The position numbers and the translations under genes are program-made. A DNA stretch of 59,374 nt from Chiloscyllium plagiosum. Lineage: Eukaryota. Under the pieces are notes generated by a model. That model searched no databases, was not told the origin of the DNA, and saw only the letters and a program-made list of their open reading frames with translations. Positions 47,309 through 59,374 of this stretch are shown here, piece after piece. The stretch covers positions 20,208,747-20,268,120 of the forward strand of contig NC_057749.1 of the NCBI RefSeq assembly GCF_004010195.1, in the 5' to 3' direction. Positions within the stretch are counted from its first letter, which is position 1; the number at the start of each line of letters is the position of its first letter.

Positions 47309-47620
47309 CTGCTTTTCAAATATCTCCACAGCCTCACTCCTTCCTATGTCTGTAACTCCCATGACACGCTGAAAACTCCGTACACCTGCCAGTTTTTATT
47401 ATTAGGCCATTGTTGAGATACTAAGCTTTGGAATGGTCTCCCTAAGCTTGCCTTAGTTTCTGCTCTTCTTTCCACATTCTCCTCTCTCTGACATTATATA
47501 AACCTGCATCCTTTTGTCCTCTTTAAAATCTGCTTCTGTGGCTCAATGTCAAATCATTGTACGCTTATGAAATGCGTAAGGATGTTTCACTGCTTTGAGA
47601 ATGTTATTTAAATGCAAATT
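47225..47620 (+). mobile_element. L2-like LINE 3' region, decayed
   Basis: gtgcttgctgactaacttgctccc...tttaaaacttttatcctgcttttcaaatatctccacagcctcactccttcctat resembles the L2 VLADLHWLP...FKILIL.FK.LHGLAP.YL motif. A similar piece lies at 50350-50620. Confidence 0.6.
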
Positions 47621-48052
47621 GATGCTATCTTGTTAACTATCCTGTTCTTGTGTTGGCAATGCTAGTCTGAATGGAACTGCTGCAGCAATCCATTTGCCTG
47701 ATCACAATGATAGTCAAGCAGGAGAGCCGTAAATACAGCTCTATCACAAATTTGTCCTTTACATTTTAGGGCAATGCCTAACGAATGAGTGAACAGGCTT
47801 TGCCATTCCAAATTACTTTATTGTCAGAATTAAATTGTGAAACATTGATAGCTGTGTTGTCCAGCCTGTTATGCATTAGGACAAGTCCAAATGCAAGTGG
47901 GTCAGTTCAACCAAGTAGTAAGTGCTTTCTAAGATGCGATTGTTGTTTTGTTTTAGGCTTGTAAGTTGATGGACTTAATGTCAGAGAGAAAAGAAGTGCC
48001 CTTTGAATCCAGCAGATCCTTGCCTACATCCCCTAGTCTGTCCTGTAACGAA

Positions 48053-48473
48053 CGACTTGTAATTTCACACAGCCACTGGACTTCTCAAAGCTCTGTACAG
48101 CCAGTGAAGTACTTTTAAAGTGTAGTTATTGTGAAGTAAGAAATATTGGGCCCGTTTGTGCAAACTAAGCCCCCATAAACTGTGATCTGATAATGACCAG
48201 ATCCTCTGCTTTTCTGATTCCAATTGCTGGATAAATATTGGGCAGGGCACTTGGGAGAATTCCCAGCTCCCAATAGTATTATCAGATCTTTTACATCCAC
48301 CCAAGCAAGCAGATGAGAGCTAGGTTTAAAGTCTTAGCCAAAAGACGACAACTTCAGCAGTGGATCGGTCTGTCAGTGTTGGATTGTCAGCTTGGACTTT
48401 TACACTTAAACCCTGGAGTAGGACTGGAACCCAGCAACTTGTGACTCAGCCAATAGTGTTGCAAACTGAGCCA
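48053..48473 (-). mobile_element. SacSINE1/DeuSINE-like SINE, near full length
   Basis: Reverse complement gives tRNA-like head TGGCTCAG...GGTTCCAGTCCTACTCCAG, central GGTGGATGTAAAAGATC...CCAATATTTATCC, and 3' AAAAGTACTTCACTGGCTGTA. Confidence 0.75.
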
Positions 48474-49032
48474 TGAGCAACACGAGGAAAGCAATTGAAT
48501 GATAAAATATCTGCACTGGAGAATGTATTACAGAAGCCTGATATTAATTCTGAAGGCTTTGGTGCAGTTGGCCTCATAGAAAACTTTTAACAACCAGAAG
48601 AAGTCACATTGATCAGCCAAGGTATCTTTAAGGGTGAATGTACTCAGTGATGTAATTCCAAGTTGGTTTTTAAATCCATAGACATTTGACTTTGTCCATC
48701 CTTGCTATGGTAATGAACCATTCAGAAATTTGTTTCTTCTATCTATATTTAAATGGTTTCTAAACACTGTTTGGAAGAAGGCCACACAGTTATTGAGTGC
48801 AGAATGCTCTGCAGATCTTGGTTGATACGATTGTACTGCACTCCTAATTTCCTATTGAAGCAAGTGGATGTCTGCCCAGTTCAAAGGGGAGTGAAGTTAA
48901 TTCATGGCATTTTAACCGATTGAATTGTACAAAGCAATGAAGTATGTCTGGCGCCTATCTATAATGATCCAGGAAAGTTCAGAGGAGAGTTTGGATGACC
49001 AAAGATAGCTTGGGATGTTGGGTTCTTGTTTG

Positions 49033-49334
49033 GTTAGATTAGATTAGATTACTTACAGTGTGTAAACAGGCCCTTCGGCCCAACAAGTCCACACCAACCC
49101 TCCGAAGAACAACCCACCCAGACCCATTCCCCTACATTTACACCTTCACCTAACACTATGGACAATTTAGCACGGCCAATTCACCTAACCCGCACAGCTT
49201 TGGATTGTGGGAGGAAACCGGAGCACCCGGAGGAAACCCACACAGACACGGGGAGAATGTGCCTGAGGCGGGAATTGAACCCGGTTCTCTGACGCTGCGA
49301 GGCAGCAGTGCTAACCACTGTGCCACCGTGCTGC
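49033..49334 (-). mobile_element. HE1-type V-SINE
   Basis: (attag)n tail; reverse-complement V-domain and head. Confidence 0.9.
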
Positions 49335-49587
49335 TAAGTATTTTTTTGGGAATTATAGTGAGTCTCCAATCAAAGTGGAAACTGTAACATAATGTTTAGG
49401 CTTGTCAAAGTACTGCTCCATCCACATTTTCTTTTTGTTCCCAGTATAGATACCATAATGTGAAGTGAGCAATTCACATTAAACGGCAGCCAGTCATGTT
49501 CTTTCTCTCCTTTCTGTGCCTTACACAGAATCAATTGTGTATTCTCTCTAGTTTCTTTTTAACATTGCATTTTTGACATTAGTTTTG

Positions 49588-49880
49588 TATTGAAATGAAT
49601 TAATTTAGCTTTATTGTCATATACTCAAATGAGTACATTGAAAACTTTATAAGTTGCCACTTACAGTGCCATCTTAGGTACCTATGTACAATCCTTAGTT
49701 ACAGAATAGAGAGCTGAAGGGAAAAAAAGTTAGATTATAGCTATACACAGTATTACCATAGCTCAGAAATACACGAAGCAAAGTTAAAAAGACAAACATC
49801 ACAATCTCTCTCCAAAGGCGCTCTGCAGCGAACCAGTGCAGTAGGCTTCCACGTGGTCTAGTCCCCGGCGTCAAATTTTG
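49588..49880 (-). repeat. Relative of the 44670-45310 repeat family
   Basis: Reverse complement reads aagatggcactgtaagtggcaac...ttttcaatgtactc...atgacaataaagc...ttcatttca. Confidence 0.45.
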
Positions 49881-51192
49881 CATTTGAACTGTAAACTGGG
49901 AGCAGCTTTTGTCTCCATTCTGGGTGTGAATTTCTTTGTGCTTTTTTTTGTCCTTTAGGATGTGACTCAAAACCAAAAGTTTTAATACAGAATGCTGACT
50001 ATAATGTGAATAAGCAGGACTGGCACCAGTTTAACAATCCCCATTAGTGCTTTAATTGCCAAGTTCTGATCAGTAATACGAGCACAATGGTTTTCCAATT
50101 TATCTGGGATACAGATGACAGCCAGCAGGCCCCTTACACTCATTCCCTAAAGGCTAAAAATACAGAGAACTGCAATTGTCGAAAGTGTATTTTGCTTAAT
50201 ATAACAAGATAGCATGGTTTTCTGATGATGCATAGATGTCAGTGTAGGTCAGCAAATATTCAGTTAATGGACTTTTGGAATGCTTAATCAATTTTGATGT
50301 ATTTGCTGTTTCTCATCAATACCCCATATTCTCTGATATTTCTCCCAGGTCTGGCAATGTCGACATTTTAAAATTCTCATCCTTTCTCTGCTCTTTGTGG
50401 GGATTCATGAATCCCTCGTGTTATTCTTTGCACCATTGGTGGCTGTGCCTTCAGCTGCCTTGTCACAAAGCTCTGCAATTCTCTCCTAATCCTCGAGGTC
50501 TCTCAACTGTCTCATGCATCAAACTTTTTATTATCATTTCTCATATGTGGCTTCATGTTACTTATTAACTGAAAGTGCTCCTCTGAAGCATGTTGGGATA
50601 TTTTGCCATGTCAAATTTGTTACAGTTGTTCTCTGTCATCACTGTACATATACTAAGATGCCAAACTCTCAAACAGTAGTGCGGCAACACCAGGAAGACA
50701 GCTATGTTGCAACAGAGAGCTGTAACAAGTGATCTTTTTTGTTGTTGTGATAAATGAACAGTCATGCTTAAGTAGTCATACGGCTCCTTCTGGTAGCCTT
50801 CCAGGATCAGCTAGTCTATAATGCTGATCTGCTGAAATGGCCCAAATTCTAATTCCATGTGACCTTGGAGCTTTTTAAATTTGAAAACCACTGTATTAGA
50901 GGTCTCTGAGAAAGGAGCATGCACTAAGAGCTGGAGATCCCTGGCTGCATTATTCATACCATCTGAGTTCATTATTTGATGAAACTGAAAGCCTTTTTGT
51001 TATAACTTGCTAAACTTCTTGAATACCATCACTGTGTGAACTTGTGATCTCAGCCATTTATAAGCAATATTATGTGATTTAAAAAAAAAAATGGTTTGTT
51101 ATTGTATGTCCCAAATTTGCTTCAGGTAGTAGTTGCTACGCTGACAAAATCACTGTAATTTGCATCTTCCTATTGGGGATTATGGACTCTAG

Positions 51193-51981
51193 GAGAAAGT
51201 GAGGTCTGCAGATGCTGGAGATCAGAGCTAAAAATGTGTTGCTGGAAAAGCGCAGCAGGTCAGGCAGCATGTACAGCGTATCATCCGCCGTCATTTCCGC
51301 CACCTCCAAACGGACCCCACCACCAAGGATATATTTCCCTCCCCTCCCCTATCAGCATTCCGTAAAGACCACTCCCTCCGTGACTCCCTCGTCAGATCCA
51401 CACCCCCCACCAACCCAACCTCCACTCCAGGCACCTTTCCCTGCAACCGCAGGAGGTGCAAGACTTGCGCCCACACCTCCCCCCTCACTTCCCTCCAAGG
51501 CCCCAAAGGAAACTTCCATATCCGCTACAAATTCACCTGCACCTCCACCACATCATCTATTGCATCCGCTGCACCCGATGTGGCCTCCTCTATATTGGGG
51601 AGACAGGCCGCCTACTTGCGGAGCATTTCAGAGAACACCTCTGGGACACCCGGACCAACCAACCCAACCACCCCGTGGCTCAACACTTCAACTCCCCCTC
51701 CCACTCCACCAAGGACATGCAGGTCCTTGGACTCCTCCACCGCCAGACCATAGCAACACGACGGCCCCACTCCACTCTGACCTATCACCCTCACCTTGAC
51801 CTCTTTCCACCTATCGCATTTTCAACACCCCTCCCCCAAGTCCCTCCTCCCTACCTTTTATCTTAGCCTGCTGGAAACACTTTCCTCATTCCTGAAGAAG
51901 GGCTTATGCCCCAAACGTCGATTCTCCAGTTCCCTGGATGCTGCCTGACCTGCTGCGCTGTTCCAGCAACACATTTTCAGC
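51193..51981 (+). mobile_element. Penelope-like element (Neptune-type Cys linker plus GIY-YIG) with an inverted pLTR segment at the 5' side
   Basis: PCNRRRCKTCAH, then IIYCIRCTRCGLLYIGETGRLLAEHFREH. Segment 51193-51270 is the reverse complement of a pLTR end. Exact 15-bp TSD gattatggactctag at 51178-51192 and 51982-51996. Confidence 0.93.
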
Positions 51982-52134
51982 GATTATGGACTCTAGTTAA
52001 TCTATAGCAGATTTTGGGTTTCAGGTAAATTGTAATTTAGGTGAATGTTCGTGATTCAAGGACAGCCACTGCATGTTGATGAATAGGTGGAGAAGGAAAT
52101 ATTCAGGAATATCCAGTTTTCAGCATCAACCGGG

Positions 52135-54070
52135 TGATGAGTGAATCCTTAGAAGAGTATAAAGGCAATAGGAGTATACTTAAAGAGGAAAATCAGAAGG
52201 GCAAAAAGGGCACATGAGATAGCTTTGGCAAATAGACTTAGGGAGAATTCAAATGGTTTTTACAAATACATTAAGGACCAAAGGGTAACAAGGGAGAGAA
52301 TAGGGCCCCTCAAAGATTAGCAAGGTGGCCTTTGTGTGGAGCTGCAGAAAATTAGGGAGGTACTAAATGAGTATTTTGCATCAGTATTTACTGTGAAAAA
52401 GGATATGGAAGAAATAGAATGTAAGGAAACAGATGGTGACACCTTGCAAAATGTCCATATTACAGAGGAGGAAGTGCTGGATGTCTTGAAATGGTTAAAG
52501 GTGGATAACTCCCCAGGACCTGATCAGGTGTACCCTAGAACCCTGTGGGAAGCTAGAGAAGTGATTGCTGGGCCTCTTGCTGAGATATTTGTATCATGGG
52601 TGAGGTGCCGGAAGACTGGAGGTTGGATAACATAGTGCCACTGTTTAAGAAGCGTGGTAACGACAAGCCAGGGAATTATAGACCAGTGAGCCTGACATCG
52701 GTGGTGGGCAACGTGTTGGAGGGAATCCTGAGGGACAGGACGTGTGTGTATTTGGAAAGGCAAGAACTAATTAGGGATAGTCAACATGGTTTTGTGCTTG
52801 GGAAATCATGTCTCACAAACTTGATTTGAGTTTTTTGAGGAAGTAACAAAGCGGATTGATGAGGGCAGAGCGGTAGATGTGATCTATATGGACTTCAGTA
52901 AGGCATACGACAAGGTTCCCCATGGGAGACTGGTTAGCAAGGTTAGATCTCACGGAATACAGGGTGAACTAGCCATTTGGATACAGGACTGGCTCAAAGG
53001 TAGAAGACAGAGGGTGGTAGTGGAGGGTTGTTTGTCAGACTGGAGGCCTGCGACCAGTGGCGTGCCACAAGGATCGGTGCTGGGTCCTCTACTTTTTGTT
53101 ATTTATATAAATGATTTGGATGCGAGCATAAGAGGTATGGTTACTAAATTTGCAGATGACACACCAAAATTGGAGGTGTAGTGGATAGCGAAGAGGGTTA
53201 CCTCAGATTACAACAGGATCTGGATCAGATGGGCCAATGGGCTGAGAAGTGGCAGATGGAATTTAATGTAGATAAATGTGAGGTGCTGCATTTTTGGAAA
53301 GCAAATTTTAGCAGGACTTATGCACTTAATAGTAAGGTCCTAGGGAGTGTTGCTGAACAAAGAGACCTTGGAGTGCAGGTTCATAGCTCCTTGAAAGTGG
53401 TGTCGCAGGTAAATAGGATAGTGAAGAAGGTATTTGGTATGCTTTCCTTTATTGGTCAGAGTATTGAGTACAGGAGTTGGATGTCATGTTGCGGCTGTAC
53501 AGGATATTGGTTAGGCCACTTTTGGAATATTGCATGCAGTTTTGGTTTCCTTCCTGTCGGAAAGATGTTGTGAAATTTGAAAGGGTTCATAAAAGATTTA
53601 CAAGGATGTTGCCCGGGATGGAGGAATTGAGCTATATGGGAGAGGCTGAACAGGCTGGGGCTGCTTTCCCTGGAGCATCAGAGGCCGAGGGGTGACTTTG
53701 AGGTTTAGAAAATTATGAGGGGTATTGATAGGGTAAATAGACCCCAGGTAAATTTTCCCTGGGGTGGGGGTGTCCTGAACTAGAGGGCATAGGTTTAGGG
53801 TGAGAGGGGAAAGATACAAAAGAGACCTAAGGGGCAATGTTTTCAAGCAGAGGGTGGTAAATGTATGGAATGAGCTGCCAGAGGAAGTGGTAGAGGCTGA
53901 TGCAATTGCAACATTTAAGAGGCATTTGGATGGGTATATGAATAGGATGGGTTTGGAGGGATATGGGCTGGGTGCTGGCAGGTGGGACTAGATTGGGTTG
54001 GGATATCTGGTTGGCATGGACGGGTTGGACCGAAGGGTCTGTTTCCATGCTGTCCATCTCTATGTCACTG
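52135..54070 (+). mobile_element. CR1 LINE, 5'-truncated RT to 3' end, frameshifted
   Basis: [50 protein letters not shown]. Confidence 0.96.
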
Positions 54071-54939
54071 TGTGGGAATGGCTGTAATACTGATGTGCAG
54101 CAACCAAAAGTAAATCTAATTAAAACAGAAAATGCTGGATGGATTCAGCACAAGAAACATTCGTGGGGAGAGAGATGTCGTGAGTTCACATCAATGATAT
54201 AATCTGAACTCCCCATCGATATTGTAGCCCTGATGAATGGTCATGGAATTTAAACTTTAATTGTTCCTATTTCTCTCTCCTCCACCCCCCCTCAACCCCA
54301 CCCCATGATTCTGCATTGTTTTCTGTTTCTCTTTGCTGAATTTCTATTGTGTACAAGAAGCCCAACATGTCTGTTCTGGCTTTCCAAATGAGCAGTTTAC
54401 TTCGCACCTCTCTTTTCCCCTCTCTCCTCACCATAACTCTGCTGCACACTATTCCATTTCAGATAAGTCTAATTTCCTTTGAATGCTTCACTTGAATCTG
54501 CCTGCTCTGCGTTCTCAGGTAATGCATCCCAGCTTCTGATCACTTGCTGCTTGAAAACCTTTTTCATCACATCACATTTACCAGTACTTTAAATCCGTTG
54601 TAATCTTTTTTAGTTCAGTATTTTTAATTGTGGACTGAAATGAGAAAAAGGACTGTTTTTCAATTCGAGGATTGTGGAAAATAAGCCCATTTTAAAAAGC
54701 AATTTACTGACATTGTAAGTGATGTTTAAATTGCAGCATGTTCGAACAGTGTGGTTAAAGGTTAATAACCGTCAACAAGTAGCTGGTTGTAGGTGGTGAC
54801 CAGTTATCGATGACAAAGGCCAACAAGTGTATGATAGGCTCCTAGGAAGTTGAACAGCTTGTGGGTGTGCATGGTATGAATGGGTACCTTTGTACCCCCA
54901 GAAGGAGAAGTGGTATATTTCTCTGTCTGCAGTAAAAGA

Positions 54940-55475
54940 AATGTAGTTCTGGCATAATGTGCATTTTGGCAGCGCAGCCTGGCTATAACATGGTGGAAGA
55001 ATTAGGAAATGGCATTTTGGAGGATGCTTACCTTCATTGGCAATAGTGTGATTTCAGCAGGGATCGATTTGTGCGCTTCATTCTGCACATGTGCCGATGT
55101 TCTTGCCGTTCTGCACGTGCACTGGTGCCCCCCATGTGTGCGATGGTGGTGTCTGTCTTAGTGCCGTTCGGCGTGTGTGCCGGTGTCAGCTGCGGGCAGA
55201 GCAGCTTTCTGTGAGAGGTACTATTTTTTTTAAAAAGATTTTTAAAGTGTCAAATTTACTTTTGTTTTGTTAATAAATATGATTTCTGCCTTCATTTGAG
55301 ATGTGCTATATTTTGTGTTAGACATTTGGGTGATTTTTGAGCAAATGTGAGTTTTTTTTGCTGATGTGCCCCAACCCCACTTTTCCCATAGGCCCCATTG
55401 TATTTCTTAAGTGATTTTCTATTAAGCGAGATTTTGCTGGAATGCAACTTTGGTGTTATAGGAGAACCACCTGTA
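54940..55475. mobile_element. Probable Tigger/pogo-like non-autonomous DNA transposon
   Basis: Right end gttataggagaaccacCTG-TA (TA-CAG type terminus). Left end gtagttctggcataatg is a degenerate inverted counterpart. GC-richer interior. Confidence 0.45.
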
Positions 55476-56299
55476 CCTAAAGTCTGAAGACAGCCATTTT
55501 AATTCTCCTCACTAGTTGCTGTGTCTTTTAATCAGTAACTCCGTGCAAGCAATTGAAGGATACCTGGGGATGGGAGATAGGAGAACAGCAAGTTCTGGCC
55601 AGCAAAAGATCATGCCAATGACTCCTGTGGATGGTGCCATTGAACTGTCTTCCCAGTTTTTCCCTCCACCCATTATATCAATTTTTTTTTGCCTGTCTGT
55701 CCATAGCTGTTTATCTGGCATTTGAACCTGTTTATTTGTAATAAATCTTGTTAAGTACAGAAACCTGGTCTGTGCTTTGTCAAGCTGGGGCTAAAAGACA
55801 AGTAAATTGGGAAATTTTGTGTACTATATTAAAATATTTAAGTTTTTTAACAACACTGGCAATAGCAGGGCTTGATTTCCAGTGTGCACCTCTCCAGTTA
55901 GGTGTGACACTATGGCCTCTCATTTGCCATTGTCATTCATGGTAAAATACGTTTTTTATTCATTCATTGGATGCGGGCATCACCAGCTGGGCCAGCATTT
56001 ATTGCCCCTCCCTAATTGTCCAGAGGCCAGTTAGAGCCAATCACATTGCTGTAGGTCTGGAGTCACATCCATGTAAGGATGGCAGTTTCCTTGCGTAAGG
56101 GACATTAGTGAACCAACAATTAGCAATGGATTCACTGTCATCATTAGACTCTTAATTCCAGAATTTTAATCACATTCAAATTTCGCACTCTGCCATGGTG
56201 GGATTTGAACCTGGTTCCCCAGAACTTTATCTGGGTGTCTAGATTAACAGTCCACTGATAATACTAATAGGCCATCACCTCCCCTTGATACATTAATAG

Positions 56300-57870
56300 T
56301 ATTCCAAAAATAGTAAATCAAAGGGCAGAAGTTGCTGAGGAAATAAATACAATATCTGTTATTGGTGAAAAAATGCTGCAAAACTGAAGAAAATAGAAAA
56401 GGTCCCCTAAGAAAACTAAGGGAGCTAAAAGCCCATATTTCCTGGAACTGATGGTTTGCATCTGAGGTTGTTAAAGGAAGTAGCGAAACAGATGGTCAAT
56501 GCACAATGCACTGGTAGTAATCCTCCAAGAATCCTTACATTCTGGGAAGGTCCCAGAGGATTGGAACAAAAAGCGAGGCTGACACAAAACAGGTAACTTT
56601 AGGCCTGTTAGCTTTATGTCTGTTATTGGGAAAATGTTAGCGTCTATTATGAAAGGATGGAATAGCAAAACATTTGGAAATACAAAAACTAATCAAGCAG
56701 AGTCAGCAAGGCTTTGTAAAGGGGAAATCATGTCTGACAAATGTATTAGAATTCTTTAAAGAGTTGCAAGCAGGATAGATAAACAGGAGCAGTGGATGTA
56801 ATATATTTGGATTTCTGAAAGATATTCGACACGGTATCATGCACAAACCTACTTAAGGTAAGAGACCACGGTGTTGAGAATAGTACGTTAGTATGGATAG
56901 AGGATTAGCTAAAATGTATAAGATGGGGTTGGAATAAGGGGGGCATTTTCAGGATGGCACTTATCTTTGATCCCCGTGGCATTCTACTATTAATCAGTGC
57001 TGGGTCTGGATGATAGAAGTGAATGTACTATGGCCAAGTTTGCAGAAAACAGAAACACATGGGAAGGCAAATAGTGAGGACAACAGAGTCTCAATATAGA
57101 CAGGTGAGTGGTTGAGTGAAAACTTGGTAGATGGAGTATAATGCAGGAAAATGAGACATTAAGAAGGTAGAATAGAGGACCTGTCTATTTTTTATAGAGT
57201 CATAAAGATGTACAGCATAGAAACGGACTGTTCGGGCCAACTCAATTTAAATGGAGAAGAAATGCAAATGGCTGCAACAGAAGGATTTGGGAGTTCTTGT
57301 ATATAAACACAGTCCAGCAGGTAATAGCGATAATGTTAGTCTTTATTTGAAAAAGATTTGAGTACAAAAATAATACAAGCCACTCGTCAAAGCCCAACTG
57401 GAATACTGTGATTACTTCTGGCTCCCTTACCTAAGGAAAGATGCACTGGTATTGGAGGCAGTCCAGAGACTCTTCATGTGGTTGATCCCAGGCATGGAGA
57501 ATTTTTTTTTGTGAGGAGAATTTCAGTAGATTCGGCCTGTACACATTGGAGATCAGAAGAATGAAATTCTTCGGGGTCTTGACAGGGTAGATGCTGTGAG
57601 AATGTTCCCCTGGATGGAGAATATAGAACCAGTGGGCATAATCTCAAAATATGGGATTGCCCATTTAAAACAGATGAGGATTGTTTTCTGGGGATAGTAA
57701 ATCTGTGAAATTCTTTATTGCAGAGAGTTGTCATGGCTGGGTCATTAAGTAAAGCCAAGGCTTTTTAATCAGTCATGGAATCAAGATTATGGGAAAAAGG
57801 CATGAAAGTGGAGTTGAGGATTATCAGATTAGCAAACTCGATGGGCAGAATGATCTAGTTGTGCTCAGAT
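56300..57870 (+). mobile_element. Old CR1 LINE RT to 3' end, heavily decayed, with a small inserted minus CR1 tail (~57193-57245)
   Basis: ggtaactttaggcctgttagcttt (GNFRPVS), aaatcatgtctgacaaat, gccaagtttgcaga, ggaggcagtccagaga. Confidence 0.85.
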
Positions 57871-58125
57871 CTTTGATCCTTCTGCCAGTGGGAACAGTTT
57901 CTCCATATCTAATTTATCCATGATTTTAAATATCTCAATCAAATCTCCCTTCAGTCATCTTTTTGAAGAAAGGGTTTTAATTCACCAACCTGTCTTCAGA
58001 GCTGAAGTTCCTGATTGCTAGAATCATTTGTGAATTTTTTCTGCACCCTCCCCAATGGTTTAACTGGAGGCAGTTATCAATTTGAGGCAATCTACAAGTT
58101 CGGCATCTCTTCCTTGCTAATTTTA

Positions 58126-58460
58126 TCATAGATTCCCTACGGTGTGGAAACAGGTTATTTGGCTCTTTGAATTCACACCAACCCCTCTGAAGAGCATCTC
58201 ACCTAGATCTACTCCCCTATCCTATTCCTGTAACCTCTCATTTCCCACAGCTAATCCACCTAGCCTACACATCCCTGGACACTATGGACAATTTAGCATG
58301 GCCAATCCACTTAACCTGAATTTAGAGAGGACCCAGAGTCAACCGATGTAGGCACAGAGAACTTGCAAACTCCACCTAGACAGTCGCCTGAGGCTGGAAT
58401 TGAACACAGGTCACTGGCACATGGGGCAGCACTGCTAACCATTGAGCCACTGTGCTGCCC
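58126..58460 (-). mobile_element. HE1-type V-SINE
   Basis: Reverse-complement head and 3' tail; V-domain partly deleted. Confidence 0.8.
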
Positions 58461-58994
58461 TAATTCTAGAAGTTAAAATGTTGATGTTAGGTTCTAGTTG
58501 GGCTGTTTATAATATTTGATCCTGTTTTTCTTATGTCACTACTTCATTCATCATTCAGGTCAATAATATTCCCTCTAACGCTTGGTCGTTGTGCGTGAAC
58601 TGTTTCTCACAGTCCGTGCGTCCTTTATGATTGTTGTATATGTGCACAATAAATGATGCCCATTTAACTGACTTCATTGTCTATCAAAAATGGCTGAACA
58701 CAAGGTTATGGTTCCTGACAAAATCCTAGATGTTGTGCTAAAGACTTTGCACCAGAACTAGCCCGGCTTCTAACCATATTATTCCAGTTCAGCTGCAACA
58801 CCAGCATCTACTTGAGATATGCCTGGTCCATCGAAAGAAGGGTAATCAAATCTGACTGATAATCACCCTGTCAATCTATTCTCAATCATCAGCAAAGTTT
58901 TTGAAGCTGTTATCGATGCTGCTGTCAGTTGCTATTTAGCGAGCAGTCAACTACCTATCAGACCCCTGTGGTGTTGATTACTGAAATGCTGAGT

Positions 58995-59374
58995 TATAGA
59001 ACATTACATAGAACATTACAGCGCAATACAGGCCCTTTGGCCCTCGATGCTGCGCTGACCTGTCATACCAATCTGAAGCCCATCTAACCTACACTATTCC
59101 ATGTACTTCCATATGCTTGTCCAATGACGACTTAAATGTACTTAAAGTTGGCGAATCTATTACCATTGCAGGCAAAACATTCTATACCCTTACTACTCTG
59201 AGTAAAGAAACTACCTCTGACATCTGTCCTATATCTATCACCCCTCAATTTAAAGCTATGCCCCCTCGTGCTCACCGACACCATACTTGGAAAAAGGCTC
59301 TCCCTGTCCACCCTATCTAACCCTCTGATTATCTTATATGTCTCTATTAAGTCACCTCTCAACCTTCTTCTCTC
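58995..59374 (-). mobile_element. CR1 LINE 3' end (runs off the window)
   Basis: Minus ORF RGDLIETYKIIRGLDRVD...TRGHSFKL; (catagaacatta) tail. Confidence 0.92.

Noticed and set aside
28850..59374. Next CK1-gamma exon (expected [21 protein letters not shown]) and, upstream, the GxGxFG-containing exon
   Set aside because: Not found by eye or in the ORF track; presumed to lie outside the window.

Overview
Eukaryotic, repeat-rich vertebrate genomic DNA, almost certainly elasmobranch (shark): it is full of HE1-type V-SINEs, SacSINE1-like DeuSINEs, CR1 LINEs and Penelope-like elements (PLEs). The window appears to lie inside a + strand casein kinase I gamma gene (CSNK1G family, best match CSNK1G1). 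Only two short coding exons are visible, 24585-24625 (41 bp) and 28780-28849 (70 bp). The flanking exons were not found, so the neighbouring introns are >24 kb and >30 kb. Most ORFs in the track are decayed LINE/PLE pieces or their antisense shadows. Points of interest: minimal hammerhead-ribozyme cores in PLE ends; an 87-bp-arm fold-back PLE derivative; 12-15 bp target-site duplications; a solo LTR 50 bp from a splice donor; a recent ~365 bp tandem duplication; several unclassified, frameshifted, protein-like minus-strand tracts (candidate endogenous viral elements, best at ~17.4-18.8 kb); and a possible spliced antisense transcript at ~35-37.4 kb. Repeat boundaries were read by eye and are approximate. 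No CRISPR array or prokaryotic system is present.
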